Below, one piece after another: positions 9,901 through 19,637 of a stretch of DNA of 64,000 bases (positions within the stretch are counted from its first letter, which is position 1; each line of letters opens with the position of its first letter). The stretch lies in NCBI GenBank assembly GCA_963777955.1, contig CAVZSQ010000023.1:1-64000 (forward strand), read 5' to 3'. Below the pieces are notes generated by a model. The model saw nothing but the letters and a program-made list of their open reading frames with translations, had not been told where the DNA came from and did not search any database. The stretch comes from Calditrichia bacterium (GTDB lineage Bacteria; Calditrichota; Calditrichia; JAJRVZ01). A program made the translations under genes and the position numbers.

Positions 9901-10211
9901 ATAAAGTAGGTGAATACCGGAAACCAGGCGTTGAGTATCAACCTATGGTTTATCAGGCCGTTGTCGACCGGACTAAAACAGGTGAAGATCGTCCGATCTA
10001 TTACGAAGGCAGAACCGGTAAATACCTGCAGTATACTGATAATCCCAATCTGCCGATCTATCAGCGTTGGTCGGAAGTCGATCAGAAGAGACTCGACCGG
10101 ATTAATAAAGACAAAGCCTATATTGATATGCCGAATGCATCGACCTTCTGGTTTTTAAATCCACGCGATATCTTTTTCGGCATCAGGATATCGTTTAATT
10201 TTGGCGAATAG
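6954..10211 (+). CDS. TonB-dependent receptor 1 (carboxypeptidase-regulatory-like N-domain, plug, barrel)
   Basis: AAGGAG RBS and signal peptide; 'GTTGKVAGII.D..SGDPLP.ANV', plug 'IRGG....FLVDG', 'GGFSAEYG', 'LNAGLRLDY', 'SPRLGIAHP', 'GNPDL..KT.SYELG', terminal 'PR.IFFGIRISF'. Confidence 0.92.
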   Translation: MKMFRRFIVPILLLIVIAAPALWSGTTGKVAGIITDKASGDPLPAANVMIAGTMLGAATDMNGEFTILYVPPGTYNVQVSYIGYGSVTVSDVRVYIDQTARVDIALETQAYEASATVVWAERSKIRKDVSTSVVAINDKEIEALPVTNVVSIIGLQAGIRGGWTGSLGYAEQPEFVSNYSRGKVSVQGGLSIRGGEGDNILFLVDGITLRDPRNNEPLTGIPVSSVKEVSVERGGFSAEYGQVRSGIVNTISQEGSKIGYSGNMQVRVRPPAAKYWQGKGIKDVQDPYSFALRPFFDPDVAWTGTGNGAWDQWTMKQYPTFIGWNKVSQTLCTDNDPNNDLTPEGAQRAFMYETRKKIINDQPDWTIDAGFGGPIPFISKNLGNLRFYTAIRTSRDVLLVPLTRSDYRDYNWTAQLVSDITPTMKLRINGLLGKQYTIRHNWDATGIYYYPHYPNEIANVASYIQASSDLPGLFSNFNFSLSDVGQQSLAAKFTHTFSSKTSYEVSVEHFRRDYFTRPTALRDTSLKYEILPGYYQDSNPMGYWPAGTNGVLLSGKMMHVSKARDNTVVNATTFKADFMSQLNFQNLLKAGVEFNYNDLDFDYGTVASGSEGKVYSSRVKMRVFPIRGALYIQDKLETQGFTLNAGLRLDYTDSNIEWYNVDPYNAAFFSSDYNATQVFTKQKSKGTWDWSPRLGIAHPITENSKLFFNYGHYKQVPQYESLYRLQRNDTDQMTSFGNPDLSLAKTISYELGYDHILFEDYTLQIAAFYNDISDQQDFTLYNSTAIGFAYTQATSNNYEDIRGFEVTLRKNRGRWWSGFANYTYQVNTRGHFNSSRMFDNVSDQKNWDEATINLYQDRPIPQPYARANLSFYTPDDYGPQVLGHNIFGGFLVNALLDWQDGYWTTWNYNNLASIAYNVQAIDFFNTVLRVEKIVPVSKFRVQVFMDINNVFNTLRLWNTADQDYMLSLHLPKSEAYPNIPGDDKVGEYRKPGVEYQPMVYQAVVDRTKTGEDRPIYYEGRTGKYLQYTDNPNLPIYQRWSEVDQKRLDRINKDKAYIDMPNASTFWFLNPRDIFFGIRISFNFGE

Positions 10212-10230
10212 TAAAAATATAGAGGTATTC

Positions 10231-12489
10231 ATGAAAAAGCACATATTGAAAATTGTACAGCCGCTTCTGGTCTTAACCGTAGCCCTTTTTATTTTGGGCC
10301 TGGTTTCTCCCGGTTACGCTCAGACTATCAGATGGCTCCGCGTTGCCGAATTGCAGACCCCGGTCAATGAAATACTCGGAGAATATGAAGGTGAATTCAC
10401 GCAGGGTAATACAAACTTCTTTTCCTGGCCTGCGCAGTACAGCATTGACCAGAACACCAACCGTTGCAGGACTCTGTGGATTGGTTGCCGGCAATTCGAT
10501 GATCCGGTCGAAGGGAAAGTTAAAGGTTACAAGGTAATCGGACAGAACGCCAGGGACAATACGGCAGAACGAACCAATCAAATTTTTGAGCAGGAGATTA
10601 AATTAATCGGGAAAAATGCTCATCCCATTGTGGTTGTGGATGATCAAAACGCTACGATTCTTAATACCTATGACCTGGTGGACGATCTTGATCCCGATTT
10701 GCCCTGCGATCGAATGGTGCTGGTAAAAGCTAATACCTCGGTCGGTATTTCAGTCACGAAAAAGGTTATGTCCTTTGCCAATTCCGATCATGGTAATTAC
10801 AACATCAACGATTACGTATTTAAAAACACGGGGATTTATAACCGGACCGGGAGTGTGAAATCACAAACCTTGCATGAAGTTTACTTTTATTTTTCGCCCC
10901 GCTATTCACTGGCCGGTGTCAGTTGTACCGGTTACGGCCTGGGCTGGGGAGCCTGGAGTTCAACCTGGGGAAACAGCCAGATTATCCGTTCGTTCGGCGA
11001 GGATCCGACCAGTCCAGAGTTCACCGATCCTGTTTCAACTGTCTCGCAGGTTATGCGGGGTTATTTCTCCTGGTACGGACCGAATAAAGACCGTACAACG
11101 GTCTCCTATGATGAAGACTGGGGAGCTCCCAATGAACAGGAAGACGGAACACTGGGCAGTGCAAAATATATGGGGTGTCTGACCCTGCACGCCGACAAAT
11201 CTCCTGCTGATCCAAGTGACGATCTGTATCAACCCCATACAACCTGGTACATCAGCGCCGATATAAATGTTTTTCAACAGGCCGGTTGTTCGCAATACGA
11301 TGAAATTGCCATGGCCGACCGTTATGATGCGATGAGTGAAGGGCATCCTGCACCGGATCAGCAGCATTACCTGATTATTGGTGATGGTTATCCGATCGAC
11401 TATATCGATCCAAGACGTCAGACCGGAGGGGGTGTTGAGGAATCACAGAGCTATGGACCTTATGAAATAGCACCCGGCGACAGCATTCATATCGTTTTTG
11501 CTGAAGCAGCATCCGGAATTTCCTGGGAAAAAGGGCGTGAAGTCGGCGCAAACTGGCTGCAATACTTTAACCAGACCGGTACACCGAACCTGGTCTTGCC
11601 GAATGGTTCGACCACCACCGACCATAATCTTTACAAGCGCGCCTGGTGTGAAACAGGTCAGGATTCCATCCTGAAAACTTTCCGTTACGCCAAACTGAAT
11701 TATGAAAACGGGTATATTTTGCCTGATGCTCCTCTCCCACCCCCCAATTCGTTTACTGTAGCCTCGGGTGGAGACCGGATTCGGCTCAGTTGGGATGATA
11801 ATGCCACTTCTGCCTCAAACTTTGCTGGATATGTGGTTTACCGTTCTCGTGGGAATGTTCTTGATTGGCGAACCGTTTATGAAAAGATTTTTGAATGCGG
11901 TGCAAGTGATGCTGTCCACAGTTTTGACGATATAACTGCAATCAGGGGATTTGAATACTACTATTATATTCAATCCAAAGGTACAAAAACCGACGGCGGT
12001 ACGATTTACAGCAGTCTGTTCTGGACTATAACCAGTGTACCTGCTACGCTGCAACGCCCTGCCGGTAACCTTTTAGGTGAAGTACGCGTTGTTCCCAATC
12101 CCTACGACATCCGCAGTCGTAAGAATCAGTTTGGAGATAAATCGCAATATGATCAGATTGCCTTCTATGGAATCCCACCGCTATGCAAACTAAAAATCTT
12201 CACTGAGCGAGGCGATTTAATCTGGGAAAGAGACCATTCAAGCGGTACTGGTGATGAACGGTGGAATTCAATCACCTCTTCCGGACAAATTATAACTTCC
12301 GGAATTTATATATTATATATCGAAGTATCTGAAGATACCTATGCCAACGAAGATGTACGCGCCAGATATGACGTCTATGATGAAAATTTAAAACTGATGT
12401 TTCAACAAGATTCTCTTATGTTCCGACAAGGAGAAAAGATGTTCAAGAAAGGCGAATCCACTTTCCGCAAATTCGTTGTTATCAGGTAA
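10231..12489 (+). CDS. Secreted receptor-associated protein 1: unknown N-terminal domain, FN3-like domain, atypical 'VVPNPY' C-terminal sorting domain
   Basis: Signal peptide; Pro-rich linker 'PDAPLPPP'; 'IRLSW..GYVVYRS..FDD..GFEYYYYIQS'; 'VRVVPNPY..KIFTERG..W..SGIYI..RKFVVIR'. Confidence 0.75.
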   Translation: MKKHILKIVQPLLVLTVALFILGLVSPGYAQTIRWLRVAELQTPVNEILGEYEGEFTQGNTNFFSWPAQYSIDQNTNRCRTLWIGCRQFDDPVEGKVKGYKVIGQNARDNTAERTNQIFEQEIKLIGKNAHPIVVVDDQNATILNTYDLVDDLDPDLPCDRMVLVKANTSVGISVTKKVMSFANSDHGNYNINDYVFKNTGIYNRTGSVKSQTLHEVYFYFSPRYSLAGVSCTGYGLGWGAWSSTWGNSQIIRSFGEDPTSPEFTDPVSTVSQVMRGYFSWYGPNKDRTTVSYDEDWGAPNEQEDGTLGSAKYMGCLTLHADKSPADPSDDLYQPHTTWYISADINVFQQAGCSQYDEIAMADRYDAMSEGHPAPDQQHYLIIGDGYPIDYIDPRRQTGGGVEESQSYGPYEIAPGDSIHIVFAEAASGISWEKGREVGANWLQYFNQTGTPNLVLPNGSTTTDHNLYKRAWCETGQDSILKTFRYAKLNYENGYILPDAPLPPPNSFTVASGGDRIRLSWDDNATSASNFAGYVVYRSRGNVLDWRTVYEKIFECGASDAVHSFDDITAIRGFEYYYYIQSKGTKTDGGTIYSSLFWTITSVPATLQRPAGNLLGEVRVVPNPYDIRSRKNQFGDKSQYDQIAFYGIPPLCKLKIFTERGDLIWERDHSSGTGDERWNSITSSGQIITSGIYILYIEVSEDTYANEDVRARYDVYDENLKLMFQQDSLMFRQGEKMFKKGESTFRKFVVIR

Positions 12490-12500
12490 GGAGATGAAAA

Positions 12501-13511
12501 ATGAAAAAGAATACAGGTAAATATTTTATTATGCTTCTCATGGGTTATTTGCTGTGCAGCAGTGGATTTGCCCAGGAGAGAGAGAAATTAGCCCAGAGTG
12601 GCTTTCAATTTCTGAGCGTGGTCTCGGATGCCCGTGCTGCTGGTATGGCCGAAGCAATGACCAGTTTACAGAACGGTTCTAGTGCACTGTTTTTCAATCC
12701 AGCTGGTATGGCTGAGATGACTACTATGATCGATCTTAGCGCTAGTGTCAATCAATGGATAGCAGATATAAAGCATAATACCTTTAGTTTGGCTTTCAGA
12801 CCAGCGCAAGGTGAATATGGAGTTATCGGCCTCAGTGCCCAGAATGTGGATTATGGGGATTTTATCGAAACACGGGTAAGTAGCGATCCCGGCGATTTAA
12901 AGGGATATGAGGATGTTAAGATATTTAACTTAAGCGCTTTGGCCCTGGGTTTCGGTTACGCTAAACAGTTAACTGACCGGTTCAGTGTCGGTGGACAGGT
13001 ACGCTGGGTTAAACAGGATCTGGGTAACAGTTGGATACCAGTTACAGACAGCACCTCGAGAGATGTCGGGAATGAATTAACGCCGTTAGTATTTGATTTT
13101 GGCACACAGTTCAAGACGGGAATTAAGAGTCTGGTCTTCGGTATGTCAGTGCGGAATTTTTCCAAGGAAGTGAAATACGTGGAAGAGGGATTTCAGGCCC
13201 CGCTGGTATTCAGCCTCGGTTTATCGATGAATATGTTTGATCTGCTGCAGGAATTGCCGCTGGATCAGGCCCTGTATATGAGCGTCGATGCCTGTCATCA
13301 CCGCGATCATCCGGAGCAGGTTAAACTCGGTTTGGAATACAAGGTCATGAACCTGCTATCGCTGCGCGGCGGTTATGTCAGCAACAACGATGAAAATGAC
13401 GTCACGTACGGAATAGGAATTTCCCAGTTCGGTTTTACCTTCGATTACGCCTATACTCCGTTTGGCATCTTCGACAAGGTACATCGAATGACAGCCCGCT
13501 TTTCAATGTAA
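12501..13511 (+). CDS. PorV/PorQ-family (FadL-like) outer-membrane beta-barrel 1
   Basis: 'FL.V..DARAAGMAEA', 'ALFFNPAG', alternating beta-strands, C-terminal 'FDYAY..FG...HR....F'. Confidence 0.85.
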   Translation: MKKNTGKYFIMLLMGYLLCSSGFAQEREKLAQSGFQFLSVVSDARAAGMAEAMTSLQNGSSALFFNPAGMAEMTTMIDLSASVNQWIADIKHNTFSLAFRPAQGEYGVIGLSAQNVDYGDFIETRVSSDPGDLKGYEDVKIFNLSALALGFGYAKQLTDRFSVGGQVRWVKQDLGNSWIPVTDSTSRDVGNELTPLVFDFGTQFKTGIKSLVFGMSVRNFSKEVKYVEEGFQAPLVFSLGLSMNMFDLLQELPLDQALYMSVDACHHRDHPEQVKLGLEYKVMNLLSLRGGYVSNNDENDVTYGIGISQFGFTFDYAYTPFGIFDKVHRMTARFSM

Positions 13512-13531
13512 CCGGAAGAAGGAGAGAAATT

Positions 13532-14755
13532 ATGAAAGTGTATTTTAGATTAACGCTGGCGATTCTCTTCATAGCCGCAGCGATGATTTGTTTGCCGGGC
13601 TGTGAATACGACGTTACCCAGTCACAGTGGTATGACGACCATCCTGCTGAAGATTCACCCGCTATCACCGCAGTGCAACCGTCTGCAGCTACGGCTGGAG
13701 TGAATCTCATTACTCTGGTCGGTGAAAATTTTGCAGTTGCACCCGATTCCAATGATATCTATTTCGACAATTTGTTGGCCGAACTGGTTGATTACTCAGC
13801 GACTTCGATTACCGTGCGCAGACCCAACCTGGTAACCGATTCCTGTACCATCATGGTAGTTCCCAGAAGAAATGCTCTGGTGGTAGCCAAGTATGCTCAA
13901 CCGTATGATATCGATCCGGTAATCGGGAATTATGGTACTTTTATAGAAAATAAGTTTTTATCCGCTGTAACGGTCGATGCCGATGAAAATGTCTACGTAA
14001 CGAGTGTCGATTCCATGTATATCTTTAAAGTTGCCCCGGGCGCTTCTAAAGTCGTCGTGACCAAGGCGACCCAGGTACCGGTGGATATAAAATTAGGTCC
14101 GGACGGCAGACTTTACATGGTGGGCGGAGCAGGTGGAACCGGCGGTAACAGAGATATCTATGTCTGCAACCTGGAAACCGGAGTTGTCGAGCGCTGGGTC
14201 AGGCTGGCATCCGGAAAGAATGTGAAATTCGGCGAATTCGATGCCAACGGATATTTCTATGCCGGAGGTGGTAACCGCGTCGACATCTGGGTTATTGCCC
14301 CTGATGCCTCCTTTGTCGCTGCAAATTTATATGCCGCCAATGAAGTGCTGGCCATGAAGATCTTCGATAATTATTTATATGTTGTTGCCCGAACAGGTAC
14401 CGGAACCGCCGCGGTAACCGAAATTTATAAACATGCTATCGGTGCCAATGGTGCATTAGGTGCAGCGGAGTTTGTGCTGAATTTTTCTGACACGCCATTC
14501 GGCAGCCGGACGTTAAGAGCCATAACCTTCTCGGCCGCCGGTGTAATGTATATCGCTACCGATGATGTGAATCCCATACTGGTCGTCGATCCTTCGACCA
14601 GCGAGGTTGATTATTTTTACAAAGGAATATTACCCGCTTATGTCAGGGATTTTAACTGGGGTACGGGAAATTATCTCTACCTCGTCAGCGGCAGGACGGA
14701 TGTCCAGGATTGGACAGTCGACCGGGTTGATATGGGCGCTCTCGGAATAAGGTAG
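13532..14755 (+). CDS. Lipoprotein 1 with IPT/TIG domain and beta-propeller-like C-terminal region
   Basis: Lipobox LPGC; 'P.ITAVQP..A..G...ITLVGENF......IYF'; repeated 'D..G..Y' blades. Confidence 0.8.
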   Translation: MKVYFRLTLAILFIAAAMICLPGCEYDVTQSQWYDDHPAEDSPAITAVQPSAATAGVNLITLVGENFAVAPDSNDIYFDNLLAELVDYSATSITVRRPNLVTDSCTIMVVPRRNALVVAKYAQPYDIDPVIGNYGTFIENKFLSAVTVDADENVYVTSVDSMYIFKVAPGASKVVVTKATQVPVDIKLGPDGRLYMVGGAGGTGGNRDIYVCNLETGVVERWVRLASGKNVKFGEFDANGYFYAGGGNRVDIWVIAPDASFVAANLYAANEVLAMKIFDNYLYVVARTGTGTAAVTEIYKHAIGANGALGAAEFVLNFSDTPFGSRTLRAITFSAAGVMYIATDDVNPILVVDPSTSEVDYFYKGILPAYVRDFNWGTGNYLYLVSGRTDVQDWTVDRVDMGALGIR

Positions 14756-14791
14756 ATTTATCATTTAATCCGATCGAATAAAATAATTACT

Positions 14792-14836
14792 ATAAGAAGG
14801 CCGTTTCTGAGAATGCAGTAACGGTCTTCTTATTTT
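14792..14836 (+). terminator. Rho-independent terminator ending module 1
   Basis: ATAAGAAGGCCGTTTCTG / CAGTAACGGTCTTCTTAT stem plus T run. Confidence 0.7.
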
Positions 14837-14910
14837 ATGCCTTTATTTACAATTACCTTTGCTACCCCGCCAGAATAGACTCATACAGCAAAATATCATA
14901 ACTTTTCTGC

Positions 14911-14953
14911 TTGCATTTTTAATTCATGCTATTTAATATTGAATCGATTCAAT
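14911..14953 (+). promoter_or_regulatory. sigma70-type promoter for module 2 with overlapping perfect palindromic (LacI-type) operator
   Basis: TTGCAT-17 bp-TAATAT; ATTGAATCGATTCAAT at 14938-14953 covers the expected start site. Confidence 0.6.
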
Positions 14954-15100
14954 CAACTTTAAAACTTTTCAATTATTATGCACACGTTCCACAAAAAAGG
15001 GCATTCGCAAAACTAATTATTATTTTTGTGCTGAAAAAATCACGAAATCGGTGAATTTCATTAATTTTATATTTAATGTATAACTGAGGGAATAGAGACT

Positions 15101-16332
15101 ATGAAAGCGCGTATCTTTTTATCAGGTGCAGTTTTTGTTATCGTCACAACATTATTATTGATCATGGCAGGATGTGAATATGATGGCCCCACAGCCGTCA
15201 TTGATCAGCCGCATGGTGCCGCCGCACCGAACCGGTGATCACAGCCTTGATCCCGGATACGGCCAAAGCCGGCGTAAATTACATCACCATCGCAGGAGAG
15301 AATTTTTCCACTAAAGCGGGAAAGAATAAGGTCTACTTTGGCAATGTACCGGTAGATGCCGTCAGTGAATCGGCCACGGAACTGACAGTTCGCCGGCCAA
15401 ATCTGACCGGTGATTCTATCACGGTCAAAGTAGATAACATCGATGGTGCCCTGGTGGTTGCCACACGTGGACCTTATAAAATCGATCCGGTAATCGAAAA
15501 TTATGGCGCTTTTATTGAAAACCGATTTTTATCCGCCGTAACCGTCGATGCCGCTGAAAATGTCTACGTAACCAGTGTCGATTCCAACTATATATTTAAA
15601 GTTGCGCCCGGTGCCCAGAAAGTCGTTCTCACCAAAGCAACACAGGTGCCGGTGGATATTAAAATAGGTCCGGACGGCAGACTCTACATGGTGGGCGGAG
15701 GCAGCGGTACCGGCGGCAATAGAAATATCTTCGTCTGCAATGTACAAACCGGCGAACTCCACCAGTGGATCAGTCTGGCTACCGGTAAAAATGTGAAATT
15801 CGGTGAGTTCGACGCAAACGGTTATTTCTATGTCGGAGGCGGTAACCGCATCGATATCTGGGTTATCGCTCCTGATTCTACCTTTAGCTGCTGCAAATTT
15901 ATATGCCAGCTAATGAAGTGCTGGCCATGAAGATCTATGACAATTACCTGTATGTAGTGGCCAAGACAGGTACCGGGACAAGCGCGGTAACCGAAATATA
16001 TAAACATGCTATTGGTGACAATGGGGTATTGGCTGCGGCTGAATTTGTTCTGAACTGGACTTCCTCGCCATTCGGTTCCCGTACTTTAAGAGGACTTACC
16101 TTTTCATCTGCCGGGTATAATGTATATCGCCACCGATGCTGAAGATCCGCTACTGAGTTTTGATCCGGCGACCAGCGTGTTTGATTATCTTTATAAAGGA
16201 ATCCTACCTGCATATGTCAGGGATTTTCATTGGGGGAACGGGAATCAATTATACATGACCGCCGGCAGAACCGATGTACAGGACTGGATAGTCTACCGGG
16301 TCGATATGGGTACGACCTCCGGCTCTAACTGA
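15101..16332 (+). CDS. Lipoprotein 2 with IPT/TIG domain (paralogue of 13532-14755; about 3 frameshifts)
   Basis: MKARIFL..IMAGCEYD start, then ORF pieces 15235-15930, 15903-16142 and 16120-16332, nearly identical to lipoprotein 1 over the propeller region. Confidence 0.8.
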
Positions 16333-16368
16333 AATCTTTTATAAAATATAAAATTGCAGGTACCAACT

Positions 16369-19300
16369 ATGAGAAAACAAATTCGTACAATCATGATCTT
16401 TACCCTGCTGGGCGTATTGCTTTTACGTTTCCTGCTGCCTGGTCGGGAACAACCGGAAAGATAGCCGGGATTGTGACCGATAAAACCAGCGGCGAACCGC
16501 TGCCCGGTGCCAATATTGTAGTCGATGGAACATTATTGGGTGCGGTATTCGGATCTGGACGGTCAGTATACAATTTTGTACGTACCGCCAGGCACTTACA
16601 ATGTTCATGTTTCCTATATCGGTTATACCAAGGTGGTAGTCAGTGACGTCGTGGTAAATATCGATCTGACCGCTCGCCTGGATGTTGTTCTGGAAGCAGA
16701 AGCAATTGTGACTAACGAAACGATTGTTGTCGCCGAGAGAAAAATCATAAAGCCCGATGTGGCCTCCAGTGTGGTGGTAGTAACCACCGAGGAAGTAGCG
16801 GCCTTGCCTGTTTCCAGTGTACAGAGCATGGTCGGATTACAGGCGGGCATAAAAGACGGCTTGCAGATCCGCGGCGGTGGTGCTGATGAAGCGCTGGTGC
16901 TGATGGATGGCATTACCCTGCGCGATCCCCGCAATAACCTGCCCATCTCAAACGTTCCGCTGAGCGCGGTCAAGGAGATCAACATAGAACGCGGCGGTTT
17001 CAACGCCGAGTACGGACATGTCCGTTCAGGATTGGTCAATATGGTAATGCAGGAAGGCAGCCGCTCTGCCTACTTTGGCCGTGTTGAATTTAAATACGGC
17101 CCGCCCCAGGCCAAGCATTTTGACATCTCCCCATTTGATAAAAATTCATTCTGGCTGCGCCCGTATTATGATCCCGAGGTGTGCTGGACGGGGACCGCGG
17201 GAGAAGACTTCAGCGATGACATTATCGCTAACGGCTTTCATGACAATGGTGAATCATTCACTGATGTGAATGGAGACGGACGCTGGAACGGCTGGGATCA
17301 ATATACCCAGCGGCAGTATCCCGATTTTGAGGGCTGGAATGAAATATCGCGTTTATTATTGACCGACAGCAATCCGAATAATGATCTTACTCCCCTGGGT
17401 GCTCAGCGTGTGTTTGAATGGGAGACACGCAAAGAACCACGCTATAATCAACCAGATTACAATCTCGATGCCGGCATTGGCGGTCCGGTTCCGGTCATCG
17501 GTGAAAAATTGGGAAATCTGCGCTTTTTTACAGCCTATCGCCGCTACCGCGAAATGCTGGTGGTTCCGCTTACCCGCGACGATTATGTCGACTATGACTG
17601 GTCAATGAAGTTGACCTCAGATATTTCACCCTCGATGAAACTACTGGTATCCGGACTGATCGGCAAGCAGTTTACCATGCAGCACAACTGGTCTTACGCC
17701 TACCTGCGGACATCGGAAACGATCGCCAGTATCATGGAAGACCGCCCCGGTCTGTTGTTTGGCACGGGTAATTTCAGCCTGGCTGATATCAGCCATCGCA
17801 ATTTCTCAGCAAAGTTTACTCATATGTTGAATCAAAAGACCTTCTATGAAGTTTCCCTGGAACACATGTGGACCGGATATGATACCCGGCCGCCCGCCCT
17901 GCGCGACCAGACCAGACGGTATGAAATCGTCCCGGGATATTTCGTTGACGAAGCACCCTTCGGATATGATCCGTCCAATGAAGTTGGTATCGCCGGTATG
18001 CTGTTCGGAGGATTCACTTGCAAACGCCGGGACAATTCCAGGGCTGCGGCCACAACCGTTAAGGTCGATTTCTCCAGCCAGGTGAATTTCAGCAACCTGG
18101 TCAAAGCCGGTGTCGAATATGTTTATAACGATTTAAACTTCGATTACGGTATTATAAAATCACAAACCAGCGACATCTATGATGAACGTGTGCAGATGCA
18201 TGTCTATCCTGTACGCGCCGTCTTGTATGCCCAGGATAAACTGGAAACCAAAGGTTTTATAATGAACGCTGGGCCTGCGGCTTGATTACAGCAAATTCCC
18301 AGACGGATTGGTGGGATATAGGTCCTTATGATAAAAGTTTTTTTACCACCAAGTACAACAGCAGTATTGATTTTGCCAGCAAGAAATCCGAGGGACAATG
18401 GCAGTTGAGCCCGCGCCTGGGTATCTCTCATCCGGTTACCGAAAATTCCAAACTATTTTTCAACTACGGTCATTTTAAACAGATGCCTTCCTACCAGACC
18501 TTGTTCCAGGTGGCCCGGGCCGATGATCAAACCATGAAACAGTTCGGCGATCCAAATCTGATCCTGGCCAGAACTATATCCTATGAACTGGGTTATGATC
18601 ACAGCCTGTTCGATGATTATCTGATCCAGGTATCTGCTTTTTATCATGATATAACTGATCAGCAGGATTCCACCATTTACCGGTCTATCGGTGGTATCGT
18701 ATATAATCAGACTACCAGTAATAGTTACGAGGATATCCGCGGATTCGAGTTATCTCTGCAAAAGCGCCGCGGACGCTGGTGGACATTCTTCGGTAATTAT
18801 ACCTACCAGGTCAGCACTGCGGGTCATTTCGGCCGTGAGGAGGTATATCAGGACGGCGTGCAGCAGAAACTGTACGACGACGAAACGACCAATCTCTATC
18901 AGAATCGCCCGATCCCGACTCCGTATGCACGCCTCAATCTTTCTCTTTATACACCCGACGATTACGGACCTGAATTGCTGGGCCTGTATCCGCTGGGCGG
19001 ATATATGTTGAATTTGCTGTTGAACTGGCAGGATGGTCCCTGGAGAACTTATAATCCCAAGAATATTGCCGGACTGGAAAATAATGTTCAGGAAACCGAC
19101 TATGTCATATCCCTTTTACGCTTAAGTAAAACTTTCAGCCTCGGTAAATTTCAATTGATGGCTTTTATGGATGTCAACAACCTGTTGAATCACCGGCGTA
19201 TGTCGCTCTCGAATTTTACCGGTAAATACGGTGACGAGGACTACTATTATAACAGCCTGCATTTGCCGGAAAGTGAAGATTGGGATAATATTCCCGGGGA

Positions 19301-19613
19301 TGACCGGGCGGGCGCCTACCGCAAACCGGGCGTGGCTTACCAACCAATGTTCCCCAGAGGTACAATCAGTTTCTCGAGCGATAAAGGAGATGCCGGCGTA
19401 ATCTATTACGATAAGAGCAGAAAAAACTATTATGAATACAATTATAATCCGAATCTGCCTAATTACCAGTGCTGGCAGGTGGTCAGCAAAGCCCGGATTG
19501 ATAAAATCAATGACGACAAAGCCTATATAGACATGCCGGCTTACAGTTCTTTCTCATTTTTCAATCCGCGGCAATTTTTCTTCGGTCTGCGGGTTTCTAT
19601 GCAACTTAAATAA
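16369..19613 (+). CDS. TonB-dependent receptor 2 (frameshifts near 16430, 16550, 18280)
   Basis: MRKQIRTIMI.. start, 'WSGTTGKIAGIV' in a shifted frame, ORFs 16525-18285 and 18282-19613 colinear with receptor 1. Confidence 0.88.
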
Positions 19614-19637
19614 GATATATGAGCGAGAGGAATATAT

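Noticed and set aside
10231..12489. SusD/RagB homologue
   Set aside because: No lipobox or TPR-like SusD motifs; it has an FN3-like domain and a C-terminal sorting domain instead.
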